DNA of 64,000 nucleotides, from contig OZ024744.1 in the NCBI GenBank assembly GCA_964016885.1, positions 9,672,001 through 9,736,000 on the forward strand, in the 5' to 3' direction. Below, in pieces: positions 1-12,000 of this stretch. How positions within the stretch are numbered: the stretch's first letter is position 1; each line of letters starts with the position of its first letter. This DNA is from Eledone cirrhosa (Eukaryota). The translations under genes were made by a program, and so were the position numbers. The notes under the pieces were generated by a model. It did no database searches and was not told the DNA's origin. It saw nothing but the letters and a program-made list of their open reading frames with translations.

Positions 1-3000
1 GCAGTGTAGTGTGGTGTGGTGTAGTGTAGTTTGGTGTAGTGAAGTGTGTTGCAGTGTAGTGTGGTGTGGTGTAGTGTTGTGTGGTGTAGTTTGATGTGGT
101 CTAGTGTGGTGTAGTGTAGGGTTGTGTGGTGTAGTGTAGTGTAGTACAGTGTAGTGTAGTGTGGTGTAGTGTGGTATGGTGTAGCGTGGTGTAGTGTGGT
201 GTGGTGTGGTGTAGTATAGTGTGGTTTCGTGTGGTGTGGTGTAGTGTAGTGTAATGTAGGGTAGTGTGGTGTGCTGTGGTGTAGTGTAGTGTGGTGTGGT
301 GCAGTGTAGTGTAGTGTGGTGTAGTGCAATGTAGTGTGGTGTAATGTGGTGTAGTGTAGTGTGGTGTAGTGCAGTGTGGTGCAGTGTAGTGTAGTGTAGT
401 GTGGAGTGGTGTAGTGTAGTATAGTGTGGTGCAGTGTAGTGTAGTGTGGTGTAGTGTAGTGTAGTGTGGTGTGGTGTAGTGTGGTGTGGTGTGGTGTAGT
501 GTGGTGTGGTGTAGTATGGTGTACTGTGGTGTAGTGTAGTGTGGTGTGGTGTAGTGGGTGTGGTATAGTATGATGTAGTGAGGTTTGGTGCTGTGTAGTG
601 TGGTGTGGTGCAGTGTGCTGTGTTGTAGTGTGGTGTAGTGCAGTGTGTTGTTGTGTGGTGTAGTGCAGTGTGGTCTAGTGTGGTGTAGTGTTGTGTGGTG
701 TGGTGTGGTGTAGTGTAGTGTGGTGTAGTGTAGTGTGGTGTGGTGTAGTGTAGTAGAGTGTGGTGTAGTACAGTGTAGTGTAGTGTGGTATAGTGTAGTG
801 TAGTGTGGTGCAGTGTAGTGCAGTGTGGTGTGGTGTAGTGTAGTGTGGTGTGGTGCAATGTAGTGTAGTGTGGTGTAGTGTGGTGTGGTGTAGTGCAATG
901 TAGTATAGTGTGGTGTTATGTGGTGTAGTGCGGTATGGTCTATTGTGGTGTAGTGTTGTGTGGTGTGGTGTAGTGTAGTGTGGTGTAGTGTGGTGTAGTG
1001 CAGTGTGGTGCAGTATAGTGTGGTGTAGTGTGTTGCAGTGTAGTGTAGTGTGGTGTGGTGTGGTATATAGTGGTGTAGTACAGTGTAGTGTGGTGTAGTA
1101 TAGTGTGGTTTTGTGTGGTGTGGTGTAGTGTGGTTCAGTGTAGTGTGGTGTGGTGTAGTGTGGTGTAGTGTTGTGTAGTGTAGTGTGGTGTAGTGTGCTG
1201 TAGTGTGGTGTGGTGTAGTGTAGTGCAGTGTGGTGTAGTGTGGTGCAGTGTAGTGTAGTGTGGTGCAGTGTAATGTGGTGTGGTGTAGTGTGGTGTAGTG
1301 TAGTGTGGTGTAGTGTAGTGTGGTGTAGTGCAGTGTGGTGTAGTGTAGTGTAGTGTAGTGTGGTGTAGTGTAATGAAGTGTGGTGTAGTGTATTGCAGTG
1401 TAGTGTGGTGTAGTGTGGTGTGGTGTAGTGTGGTGTAGTGTAGTGTGGTGTAATGTGGTGTGGTGTAGTGTGGTGTGGTGTAGTGTGGTGTGGTGTAGTA
1501 TGGGTAGTGGTGTGTGGTGCAGTGTAGTGTAGTGTGGTGTGGTGCAGTGTGGTGTAGTGCAGTGTAGTGTAGTGTGGTGTAGTGTGGTGTAGTGTAGTGT
1601 AGTGTAGTGTAGTGTGGTGTGGTGTTGTGTGGTGTAGTGTAGTATAGTGTGGTGTAGTGTGGTGTGGTGTGGTGTGGTATAGTGTAGTGTAGTGTAGTGT
1701 GGTGCAGTGTAGTGTAGTGTGGTGTGGTGTAGTGTAATGTGGTGCAGTGTAGTGTAGTGTGGTGTAGTGTAGTGTCGTGTGGTGTAGTGTGGTGTAGTAT
1801 CGTGTGGTGTAGTGTGGTGTGGTGTAGTTTAGTATAGTGCAGTGTCGTGTGGTGTGGAGTAGTGAAGTGTGGTGCAGTGTGGTGTGGTGTGGTGTAGTGT
1901 AGTATGGTGTAGTGTGATGTGGTCTAGTGTGGTGTAGTGTAGTGTTGTGTGGTGTGGTGTGGTGTAGTGTGGTGTAGTGTAGTGTAGTACAGTGTAGTCT
2001 GGTGTAGTATGGTGCAGTGTAGTGTGGTGTGGTGTGGTGTAGCGTGGTGTAGTGTGGCGTGGTGTAGTGTGGCGTGGTGTAGTGTGGTGTGGTATGGTGT
2101 AGTGTGGTGTAGTGTAGTGTGGTGTGGTGTAGTATAGTGTGGTTTCGTGTGGTGTGGTGTGGTGTAGTGTGGTGTAGTGTAGTGTAGTGTGGTGCAGTGT
2201 AGTGTAGTGTGGTGTAGTGTGGTGTGGTGTAGTGTAGTGTAGTATAGTGTGGTGTAGTGCAATGTAGTGTGGTGTAATGTGGTGTAGTGTAGTATAGTGT
2301 AGTGTGGTGTAGTGTAGTGTAGTGTGGTGTAGTGTGATGTGGTCTAGTGTGGTGTAGTGTAGGGTTGTGTGGTGTGGTGTAGTGTAGTACAGTGTAGTGT
2401 GGTGTAGTGCGGTGCAGTGTAGTGTGGTGTGGTGTAGCGTGGTGTGGTGCAGTGTGGTGTGGTATGGTGTAGTGTGGTGTGGTGTGGTGCGGTGTGGTGT
2501 AGTATAGTGTGGTGTAGTGTAGTGTAGGGTAGTGTGGTGTAGTGCAGTGTGGTGTAGTGTGGTGTAGTGTGGTGTGGTGTAGTGTAGTGTGGTGTAGTGT
2601 GGTGTGGTGTAGTGTAGTGTAGTGTAGTATAGTGTGGTGTAGTGCAATGTATTGTGGTGTAATGTGTTGTAGTGTGGTGTAGTGCAGTGTGGTGCATTGT
2701 AGTGTGGTGTAGTGTAGTGTAATGTAGGGTAGTGTGGTGTAGTGCACTGTGGTGTGGTGTGGTGTAGTGTGGTGTAGTGTAGTGTGGTGCAGTGTAGTGT
2801 GGTGTGGTGTGGTGTGGTGTAGTGTAGTATAGTGTGGTGTAGTGTAGTATAGTGTGGTGTAGTGTAGTGCAGTGTAGTGTAGTGCAGTGTGGTGTAGTGT
2901 AGTGTGGTGTAGTGTGGTGTAGTGCAGTGTAGTGCAGTGTAGTGTAGTGTGGTGTGGAGTGGTATAGTATAGTGTGGTGCAGTGTAGTGTGGTGTAGTGT

Positions 3001-6000
3001 AATGTGGTGTGGTGTAGTGTGGTGTGGTGTAGTGTAGTGCAGTGTAGTGTAGTGTGGTGTAGTGTGGTGTAGTGTGGTGTAGTGTAGTGTGGTGTGGTGC
3101 AGTGCAGTGCAGTGTAGTGTGGTGTAGTGTGGTGTAGTATAGTGTGGTGTGGTGTAATGTGGTGTGGTGTAGTGTAGTATAGTGTAGTGTGGTGTAGTGT
3201 AGTGTGGTGTAGTGCAGTGTGGTGTAGTGAGGTGTGGTGTAGTGTCGTGTAGTGCAGTGTGGTGCAGTGTAGTGTGGTGTAGTGTAGTATAGTGTGGTGC
3301 AGTGCAGTGTAGTGTGGTGTGGTTTAGTGTAGTGTACTGTGGTTTAGTGTAGTGTAGTGTAGTGCGGTGTGGTGTAGTGTAGTGTGGCGTAGTGTGGTGT
3401 GGTGCAGTGTCGTGTGGTGTGGTGTAGGTGGTGTAGTGCGGTGTAGTGTGGTGTAGTGCAGTGTGGTTTAGTGTAGTGTGGCGTAGTGTGGTGTGGTGTA
3501 GTGTGGTGTAGTGTAGTGTAGTGTAGTGTGGTGTAGTGCAGTGTGGTGCAGTGTAGTGTGGTGTAGGTAGTGTGATGTAGGTAGTGTGGTTTAGTGTGGT
3601 GTGGTGTAGTGTAGTGTGCTGTAGTGCAGTGTGGTGTAGTGTGGTGCAGTGTAGTGTAGTGTGGTGTGGTGTGGTGTAGTGCAGTGTGGTGTGGTGTAGT
3701 GTAGTGTGGTGTGGTGTAGTGTGGTGTAGTGCAATGTAGTATAGTGTGGTGTAGTGCGGTATGGTCTATTGTGGTGTGGTGTGGTGTGGTGTGGTGTAGT
3801 TTGGTGTAGTATAGTGTGGTGTAGTTTAGTGTGGTGTGGTGTGGTGTAGTATATAGTGGTGTAGTACAGTGTAGTGTGGTATAGTGTAGTGTAGTGTGGT
3901 GTGGTGTAGTGTAGTGTGGTGTAGTGTAGTATAGTGTGGTGTGGTGTAGTGTAGTGTTGTGCAGTGTAGTGTAGTGTGGTGTAGTGTAGTGTGGTGTAGT
4001 GTAGTGTGGTGTAGTGTAGTGTAGTATAGTGTGGTGTAATGGAGTGTAGTGTGGTGTGGTGTAGTTTAGTATAGTGCAGTGTAGTGTGGTGTGGTGTAGT
4101 GTAGTTTGGTGTGGTGTAGTGTGACGTGATCTAGTGTGGTGTAGTGTAGGGTTGTGTGGTGTGGTGTAGTGTGGTGTAGTGTAGTACTGTGTAGTGTGGT
4201 GCAGTGTAGTGTGGTGTGGTGTAGCATGGTGTAGTGTGGTGTGGTGTAGTGTGGTGTAGTGTAGTGTGGTGTGGTGTAGTATAGCGTGGTTTCGTGTGGT
4301 GTGGTGTAGTGTAGTGTGGTGTGGTGTAGTGTGGTGCAGTGTAGTGTGGTGTAGTGTGGTGTAGTGTGGTGTGGTGTAGTGTAGTGTAGTGTAATGTATG
4401 GCAGTGTGGTGTAGTGTGGTAGCTGTAGTGTAGTGTAGTGTAATGTAGGGTAGTGTGGTGTAGTGCAGTGTGGTGTAGTGTGGTGTGGTGTAGTGTGGTG
4501 TGGTGTGGTGTAGTGTAGTGTGGTGTGGTGCAGTGTAGTGTAGTGTGGTGCAGTGTGGTGTAGTGTAGTGTAGTGCAATGTAGTGTGGTGTAATGTGGTG
4601 TGGTGTAGTGTAGTGTGGTGTAGTGTAGTGTGGTGTAGTGTAGTGTGGTGTAGTGCAGTGTGGTGTAGTGTCGTGTAGTGTAGTGAGGTGTGGTGTAGTG
4701 CAGTGTGGTGTAGTGTGGTGTGGAGTGGTGGAGTGTAGTATAGTGTGGTGCAGTGTAGTGTAGTCTAGTGCAGTGTAGTTTAGTGTGGTGTGGTGTAGTG
4801 TAGTATAGTGTGGTGTAGTACAGTGTAGTGTGGTGTGGTGTGTTATAGTGTAGTGTGGTGCAGTGTAGTGTAGTGCAGTGTGGTGTGGTGTGGTGCAGTG
4901 TAGTGTGGTGTGGTCTATTGTGGTGTAGTGTTGTGTGGTGTGGTGTAGTGTGGTGTAGTGTAGTGTGGTGTAGTGTGGTGTAGTGCAGTGTGGTGCAGTA
5001 TAGTGTGGTGCAGTGTGGTGTAGTGTGGTGTGGTGTGGTGTAGTATATAGTGGTGTAGTAAAGTGTAGTGTGGTGTAGTGTGGTGTGGTGTAGTGTGGTG
5101 TGGTGTAGTGTAGTGTAGTGTAGTGTAATGTGGTGTGGTGTAGTGTAGTGTAGTGTAGTGTAGTGTGGTGTAATGTAGTGTGGTGTGGTGTAGTGCAGTG
5201 TGGTGCAGTGTAGTGTGGTGTGGTGTAGTGTGGTGTAGTGCAGTGTAGTGAAGTGTAGTGTGGTGTAGTGTAGAGCAGTGTGGTGTAGTGTAGTGTGGTG
5301 TAGTGTGGTTTGGTCTAGTGTGGTGTAGTGTAGTGTTGTGTGGTGTGGTGTAGTGTAGTGTGGGGTAGTGTATTGTGGTGTGGTGTAGTGTAGTGAGGTG
5401 TAGTGTAGTGTGGTGTGGTGTAGTATAGTGTGGTGTGGTGTAGTGTGGTGTAGTGTAGTGTGGTGTGGTGTGGTGTAGTGTGGTGCAGTGTAGTGTAGTG
5501 TGGTGCAGTGTAGTGTGGTGTGGTGTGGTGTAGTGCAATGTAGTGTGGTGTAGTGTAGTGTGGTGTAGTGTCGTGTAGTGTAGTGAGGTGTGGTGTAGTG
5601 TAGTGCAGTGTGGTGCAGTGTAGCGTAGTGTGGTGCAGTGTAGTGAGGTGTGGTGTAGTGTGGTGCAGTGTAGTGTAGTGTGGTGCAGTGTAGTGTAGTG
5701 TGGTGTGGAGTGGTGGAGTGTAGTATATTGTGGTGCAGTGTAGTGTGGTGTGGTGTAGTGTAGTCTAGTGTAGTGCAGTTTAGTGTGGTGTGATGTGGTG
5801 TAGTGTAGTGTAGTGTGGTGTGGTGTAGTGTAGTATAGTGTGGTGTAGTGTGTTACAGTGTAGTGTGGTGCAGTGTAGTGTAGTGCAGTGTGGTGTGGTG
5901 CAATGTAGTGTAGTGTGGTGTGGTCTATTGTGGTGTAGTGTGGTGTGGTGTAGTGTGGTGTAGTGTGGTGTAGTGTGGTGTGGTGTAGTGTGGTGTAGTG

Positions 6001-9000
6001 TAGTGTGGTGTAGTGCAGTGTGGTGCAGTATAGTGTGGTGTAGTGTGGTGCAGTGTAGTGTAGTGTAGTGTGGTGTAGTGTGGTGTGGTGTAGTATATAG
6101 TGGTGTAGTAAAGTGTAGTATGGTGTAGTGTAGTGTGGTGTAGTGTGGTGTGGTGTGGTATAGTGTAGTGTAGTGTGGTGTTGTGTAGTGTAGTGTAATG
6201 TGGTGTGGTGTAGTGTAGTGTGGTGCACTGTAGTGTAGTGTAGTATAGTGCAGTGTAGTGTAGTGTAATGTGGTGTGGTGTAATGTAGTATAGTGCAGTG
6301 TAGTGTGGTGTAGTGTAGCGTCTGGTAGTGCAGTGTAGTGTGGTGTGGCGTAGTGTAGTGCAGTGTGGTGCAGTGTAGTGTAGTGTGGTGTAGTGTGGTG
6401 CTGTGTAGTGTGGTGTAGTGTGGTGTAGTGTAGTGTGGTGTGGTGTAGTATAGTGTGGTGTAGTGCTGTGTAGTGCAGTGTGGTGCAATGTAGTGTAGTG
6501 TGGTGTCGTGTAGTGTGGTTCAGTGTAGTGTGGTGTAGTGCAGTGTAGTGTGGTGTGGTGCAGTGTAGTGTAGTGTGGTGTTGTCTAGTGTGGTGTAGTG
6601 TTGTGTGGTGTAGTGCAGTGTGGTGCAGTGTAGTGTGGTGTAGTGTGGTGCAGTGTAGTGTAGTGTGGTGTAGTGTAGTGTGGTGTAGAGTAGTGTAGTG
6701 TGGTGTAGTGCAGTATGGTGTAGTGCAGTCTGGTGCAATGTAGTGAAGTGTAGTGTTGTGTAGTGTGGTGTGGTGTGGTGTAGTGTAGTGTGGTGTGGTG
6801 TGGTGTAGTGTGGTGTGGTGCAGTGTGGTGCAGTGTAGTGTAGTTTGGTGTGGTTTAGTGTGGTGTAGTGTACTGTGGTGTGGTGTAGTGTGGTGTATTG
6901 TAGTGTTGTGTAGTGTGGTGTAGTGCAGTGTGGTGTGGTGTGGTGCAGTGTAGTGTAGTGTAGTGTGGTGTGGTGTAGTGTGGTCTAGTGTAGTGTGGTA
7001 TGGTGTGGTGTTGTGTAGTGTGGTGTGGTGTGGTGTGGTGTAGTGTGGTGTGGTGTAGTGTGGTGTGGTGCAGTGTAGTGTGGTATGGTGTATTGTAGTG
7101 TGGTATAGTGTAGTGTAATGTAGGGCAGTGTGGTGTAGTGCAGTGTGGTGTAGTGTGGTGTGGTGTAGTGTGGTGTAGTGTAGTGTAGTGTAGTGTGGTG
7201 TAGTGTAGTGTGGTGTAGTGTAGTGTGGTGCAGTATAGTGTAGTGTGGTGTGGTTTAGTGTAGTGTGGTGCAGTGTGGTGTAGTGTAGTGTATTATAGTG
7301 TGGTGTAGTGCAGTGTAGTGTGGTGTAATGTGATGTGGTGTAGTGTAGTATAGTGCAGTGTAGTGTAGTGTGGTGTAGTGTGGTGTGGTGTAGTGTGGTG
7401 TGGTCTAGTGTGGTGTAGTGTTGTGTAGTGTGGTGTAGTGTAGTGCAGTGTGGTGCAGTGTGGTGTGGTGTAGTGTGGTGTAGTGTGGAGTGGTGTAGTG
7501 TGGTGTAGTGTGGTGTGGTGTGGTGTAGTATAGTGTGGTGTGGTGTAGTGTGCTGTAGTGCAGTGTGGTGCATTGTACTGTAGTGTGGTGTGGTGTAGTG
7601 TGGTGTAGTGCAGTGTGGTACAGTGTAGTGTGGTGTGGTGCAGCGTAGTGTAGCGTGGTATGGTGTGGTGTAGTGTAGTGTGGTGTAGTGTGGTGCAGTG
7701 TAGTGTAGTGTGGTGTGGTGTGGTGTAGTGTAGTGTAGTATAGTGTGGTGTAGTATAGTGCAGTGTAGTGGTGTAATGTAGTGTCGTGCAGTGTAGTGCA
7801 GTGTAGTGTGGTGTGGTGTAGTGCAGTGTAGTGTAGTGTAGTGTGGTGTACTGCAGTGTAGTGTGGTGTAGTGTAGTGCAGTGTGGTGCAGTGTAGTGTA
7901 GCGTAGTGTGGCGTAGTGTGGTGTGGTGTGGTGTAGTGTGGTGTAGTGTAGTGTGGTGTGGTGTAGTATAGTGTGGTGTGGTGTAGTATCGTATGGTGTG
8001 GTGTAGTGTAGTGTGGTGTGGTGTAGTGTGGTGTAGTGTAGTGTGGTGTGTTGTAGTGTAGTGTAATGAAGTGTGGTGTATAGTACTGTAGTGTGGTGTG
8101 GTGTGGTGTAGTATAGTGTGGTGTAGTGTAGTGTAGTATGGTGTAGTGTAGTGTAATGAAGTGTGGTGTAGTGTGGTGTAGTGTAGTGTGGTGTAGTGTA
8201 GTGTATACTAATGTGGTGTGGTGTAATGTAGGGTGGTGTGGTGTAGTGTAGTGTAGTGTAGTATGGTGTAGTGTAGTGTAATGAAGTGTGGTGTAGTGAA
8301 GTGTGGTGTAATGAAGTGTAGTGTAGTGTAGTGTAGTGTGGTGTATTGCAGTGTGGTGTAGTGTAGTGTGGTGTGGTGTAGTGTAATGAAGTGTGGTGTA
8401 CTGTGGTGTGGTGTAGTGTGGTGTGGTGTGGTGTAGTGTGGTGTAGTGTAGTATGGTGTAGTGTAGTGTAGTGTGGTGTGGTGTAGTATAGTGTAGTGTG
8501 GTGCAGTGTAGTGTGGTGTGGTGTGGTGTAGTGTAGTGTAGTGTAGTGTAGTGTAGTGTAGTGTAGTGTAGTGTAGTGTAGTGTGGTGTCTTGCAGTGTG
8601 GTGTGGTGTAGTGTAATGAAGTGTGGTGTAGTGTAGTGTGGTGTAGTATAGTCTGGTGTAGAGTAGTGTAGTATGGTGTAGTGTAGTGTAATGAAGTGTG
8701 GTGTAGTGAAGTGTGGTGTAATGAAGTTTAGTGTAGTGTAGTGTAGTGTAGTGTGGTGTATTGCAGTGTGGTGTAGTGTAGTGTGGTGTGGTGTAGTGTA
8801 ATGAAGTGTGGTGTAGTGTAGTGTAGTGTGGTGCAGTGTGGTGTGGTGTAGTGTGGGGTAGTGTAGTGTGGTGTGGTGTAGTGTGGTGTGGTGTAATAAG
8901 GTGTAGTGTGGTGTGGTGTGGTGCAGTGTAGTGTGGTGTAGTGCAGTGTGGTGTAGTGTGGTGTGGTCTAGTGTGGTGTGGTGTAGTGTAGTGTGGTGTA

Positions 9001-12000
9001 GTGCAGTGTGGTACAGTGTAGTGTAGTGTTGTTTGGTTTAGTGTGCTGCAGTGTAGTGTAGTGTGTTGTGGTGTAGTGTGGTGAAGTGTAGTGTAGTGTG
9101 GTGTGGTGTAGTGTAATATAGTGTGGTGTAGTACAGTGTGGTGTGGTGTGGTATAGTGTAGTGTAGTGTAGTGTGGTGCAGTGTAGTGTTATGTGGTGTA
9201 GTGTAGTGTAGTGTGGTGTGGTGCAGTGTAGTGTAGTGTGGTGTAGTGCAGTGTGGTCTAGTGTGGTGTAGTGCAGTGTGGTGTAATGTGGTGTAATGTG
9301 GTGTGGTCTATTGTGGTGTTGTGTTGTGTGGTGTAGTGTAGTGCGGTGTGGTGTGGTGTAGTGCAGTGTGGTGCAGTGTAGTGTAGTGTGGTGTAGTGTT
9401 GTGCAGTGTATCGTAGTGTGGTGTAGTGTGGTGTGGTGTGGTGTAGTGTAGTATATAGTGGTGTAGTACAGTGTAGTGTGGTGTAGTGTGGTGTGGTGTA
9501 GTGTAGTGTAGTGTGGTGCAGTGTAGTGTAGTGTGGTGTGGTGTAATGTGGTGCAGTGTAGTTAGTGTATTGTGGTGCAGTGTAGTGTGGTGTGGTGTAG
9601 TGCAGTGTAGTGTAGTGTGGTGTAGAGCAGTGTGGTGTAGTGTGGTGTGGTCTAGTGTGGTGTAGTGTTGTGTGGTGTGGTGTAGTGTAGTGTAGTGCAG
9701 TGTAGTGTAGTGTGGTGTAGTGTGGTGCAGTGTAGTGTGGTGTGGTGTAGTGTAGTATAGTGTGGTGTGGTGCAGTGTAGTGTAGTGTGGTGTGGTTTAG
9801 TGTGGTGTAGTGTAATGTGGTGTGGTGTAGTGTGGTGTAGTGTAGTGTGGAGTGGTGTGGTGTAGTGTGGTGTAGTGCAGTGTGGTGTAGGGTAGTGTGG
9901 TGTAGTGCAGTGTGGTGTAGTGTAGTGTTGTGTAATGTGGTGTAGTGCAGTGTGGTGCAGTGTAGTGTAGTGTGGTGTCGTGTAGTGTGATGCAGTGTAG
10001 TGTGGTGTGGTGTGGTGTAGTGTGGTGTAGTGCAGTGTGGTGTAGTGTAGTGTGGTGTGGTGTAGTGTAGTGTAGTGTGGTGTAGTGTAGTGTGGTGTAA
10101 GGTGGTGTGGTATAGTGTAGTGTGGTGCAGTGTAGTGTGGTGTGGTGTAGTGTAGTGTGGTGTAGTGTAGTATAGTGTGGTGTAGTGCAGTGTAGTGTGG
10201 TGTGGTGTAGTGTAGTATAATGCAGTGTAGTGTGGTGTAATGTAGTGTCGTGTAGTGTAGTGCAGTGTGGTGCGATGTAGTGTGGTGTGGTGTAGTGTGG
10301 TGTAGTGCAGTGTAGTGTAGTGTAGTGTGGTGTAGTGCAGTGTGGTGTCGTGTAGTGTGGTGTGGTGTAGTATAGTGCAGTGTAGTGTGGTGTAATGTAG
10401 TGTTGTGTGGTGTAGTGCAGTGTGGTGCAATGTAGTGTGGTGTGGTCTAGTGTGGTGTAGTGCAGTGTGGTGTAGTGTAGTGTGGTGTAGTGTAGTGCAG
10501 TGTAGTGTAGTGTGGTGCAGTGTAGTGTGGTGTAGTGTAGTGTGGTGTGGTGTAGCGTGGTGTAGTGTGGTGTGGTGTAGTGTGGTGTAGTGTAGTGTGG
10601 TGTAGTGTAGTGTAGTGTAATGTAGGGTAGTGAGGTTTAGTGCAGTGTGGTGTAGTGTTGTGTAGTGTGGTGTAGTGCAGTGTAGTGCAGTGTAGTGTAG
10701 TGTAGTGTAGTGTAGTGTGGTGTCGTGTAGTGTGGTGCAGTGTAGTGTGGTGTGCTGTGGTGTAGTGTGGTGTAGTGAAGTGTGGTGCAGTGTAGTGTAG
10801 TGTGGTGTGGTGTGGTGTAGTGTAGTATAGTGCAGTGTAGTGTGGTGTAATGTAGTGTCGTATAGTGTAGTGTCGTGTGGTGTGGTGTAGTGTAGTGTGG
10901 TGCAGTATAGTGTAGTGTGGTGTAGTGTAGTATAGTGTGGTGTAGTGCAGTGTAGTGTAGTGTGGTGTGGTGTAGTGTAGTATAGTGCAGTATAGTGCAG
11001 TGTAGTGTGGTGTAATGTAGTGTCGTGTAGTGTAGTGTGGTGTGGTGTAGTGTGGTGCAATGTTGTGTGGTGTGGTGTAGTGCAGTGTAGTGTAGTGTAG
11101 TGTGGTGTTGTGCAGTGTGGTGTGGTGTAGTGTAGTGTAGTGCATTGTAGTGTAGTGTGGTGTACTGTAGTGTGGTCTGGTGTGGTGTAGTATAGTGTGG
11201 TATGGTGTAGTATAGTATGGTGTGGTGTAGTTTAGTGTGGTCTAGTTTAGTGTCGTGTCGTGTAGTATGGTGTGGTGTGTTGTAGTGTAGTGTAATGAAG
11301 TGTGGTGTATAGTATTATGGTGTAGTGTAGTGTAGTGTGGTGTGGTGTAGTACAGTGTGGTGTGGTGTAGTGTGGTGCAGTGTAGTGTAGTGTGCTGTGG
11401 TGTAGTGTGGTGTAGTGTAGTGTGGTGTAGTGTGGTGTAGTGTGGTGTGGTCTAGTGTGGTCTACTGTGGTGTAGTGTTGTGTGGTGTAATGTAGTGTAG
11501 TGTGGTGTAGTGTAGTGTGGTATGGTGTGGTGTTGTGTAGTGTGGTGTGGTGTAGTGTGGTGTAGTGTGGTGTGGTGCAGTGTAGTGTGGTGTAGTGCAG
11601 TGTGGTGTAGTGTAGTGTGGTGTGGTCTAGTGTTGTGTGGTGTAGTGCAGTGTGGTGCAGTGTAGTGTGGTGTAGTGTAGTGTAGTGTGGTGTCGTGTAG
11701 TGTAGTATAGTATGGTGTAGTACAGTGTTGTGTGGTGTGGTGTAGTGCAGTACAGTGTAGTGTGGTGTAGTTTAGTGTAGTGTGGTGCAGTGTAGTGTAG
11801 TGTGGTGTAGTGTGGTGTAGTGTAGTGTAGTATAGTGTGGTGTAGTGCAGTGTAGTGTGGTGTAATGTGGTGTGGTGTAGTGTAGTATAGTGTAGTGTAG
11901 TGTAGTGTAATGTGGTGTGGTGTAGTGTAGTATAGTGCAGTGTAGTGTGGTGTAGTGTAGTGCAGTGTGTTGTAGTGTAGTTGGGTGTGGTCTACTGTGG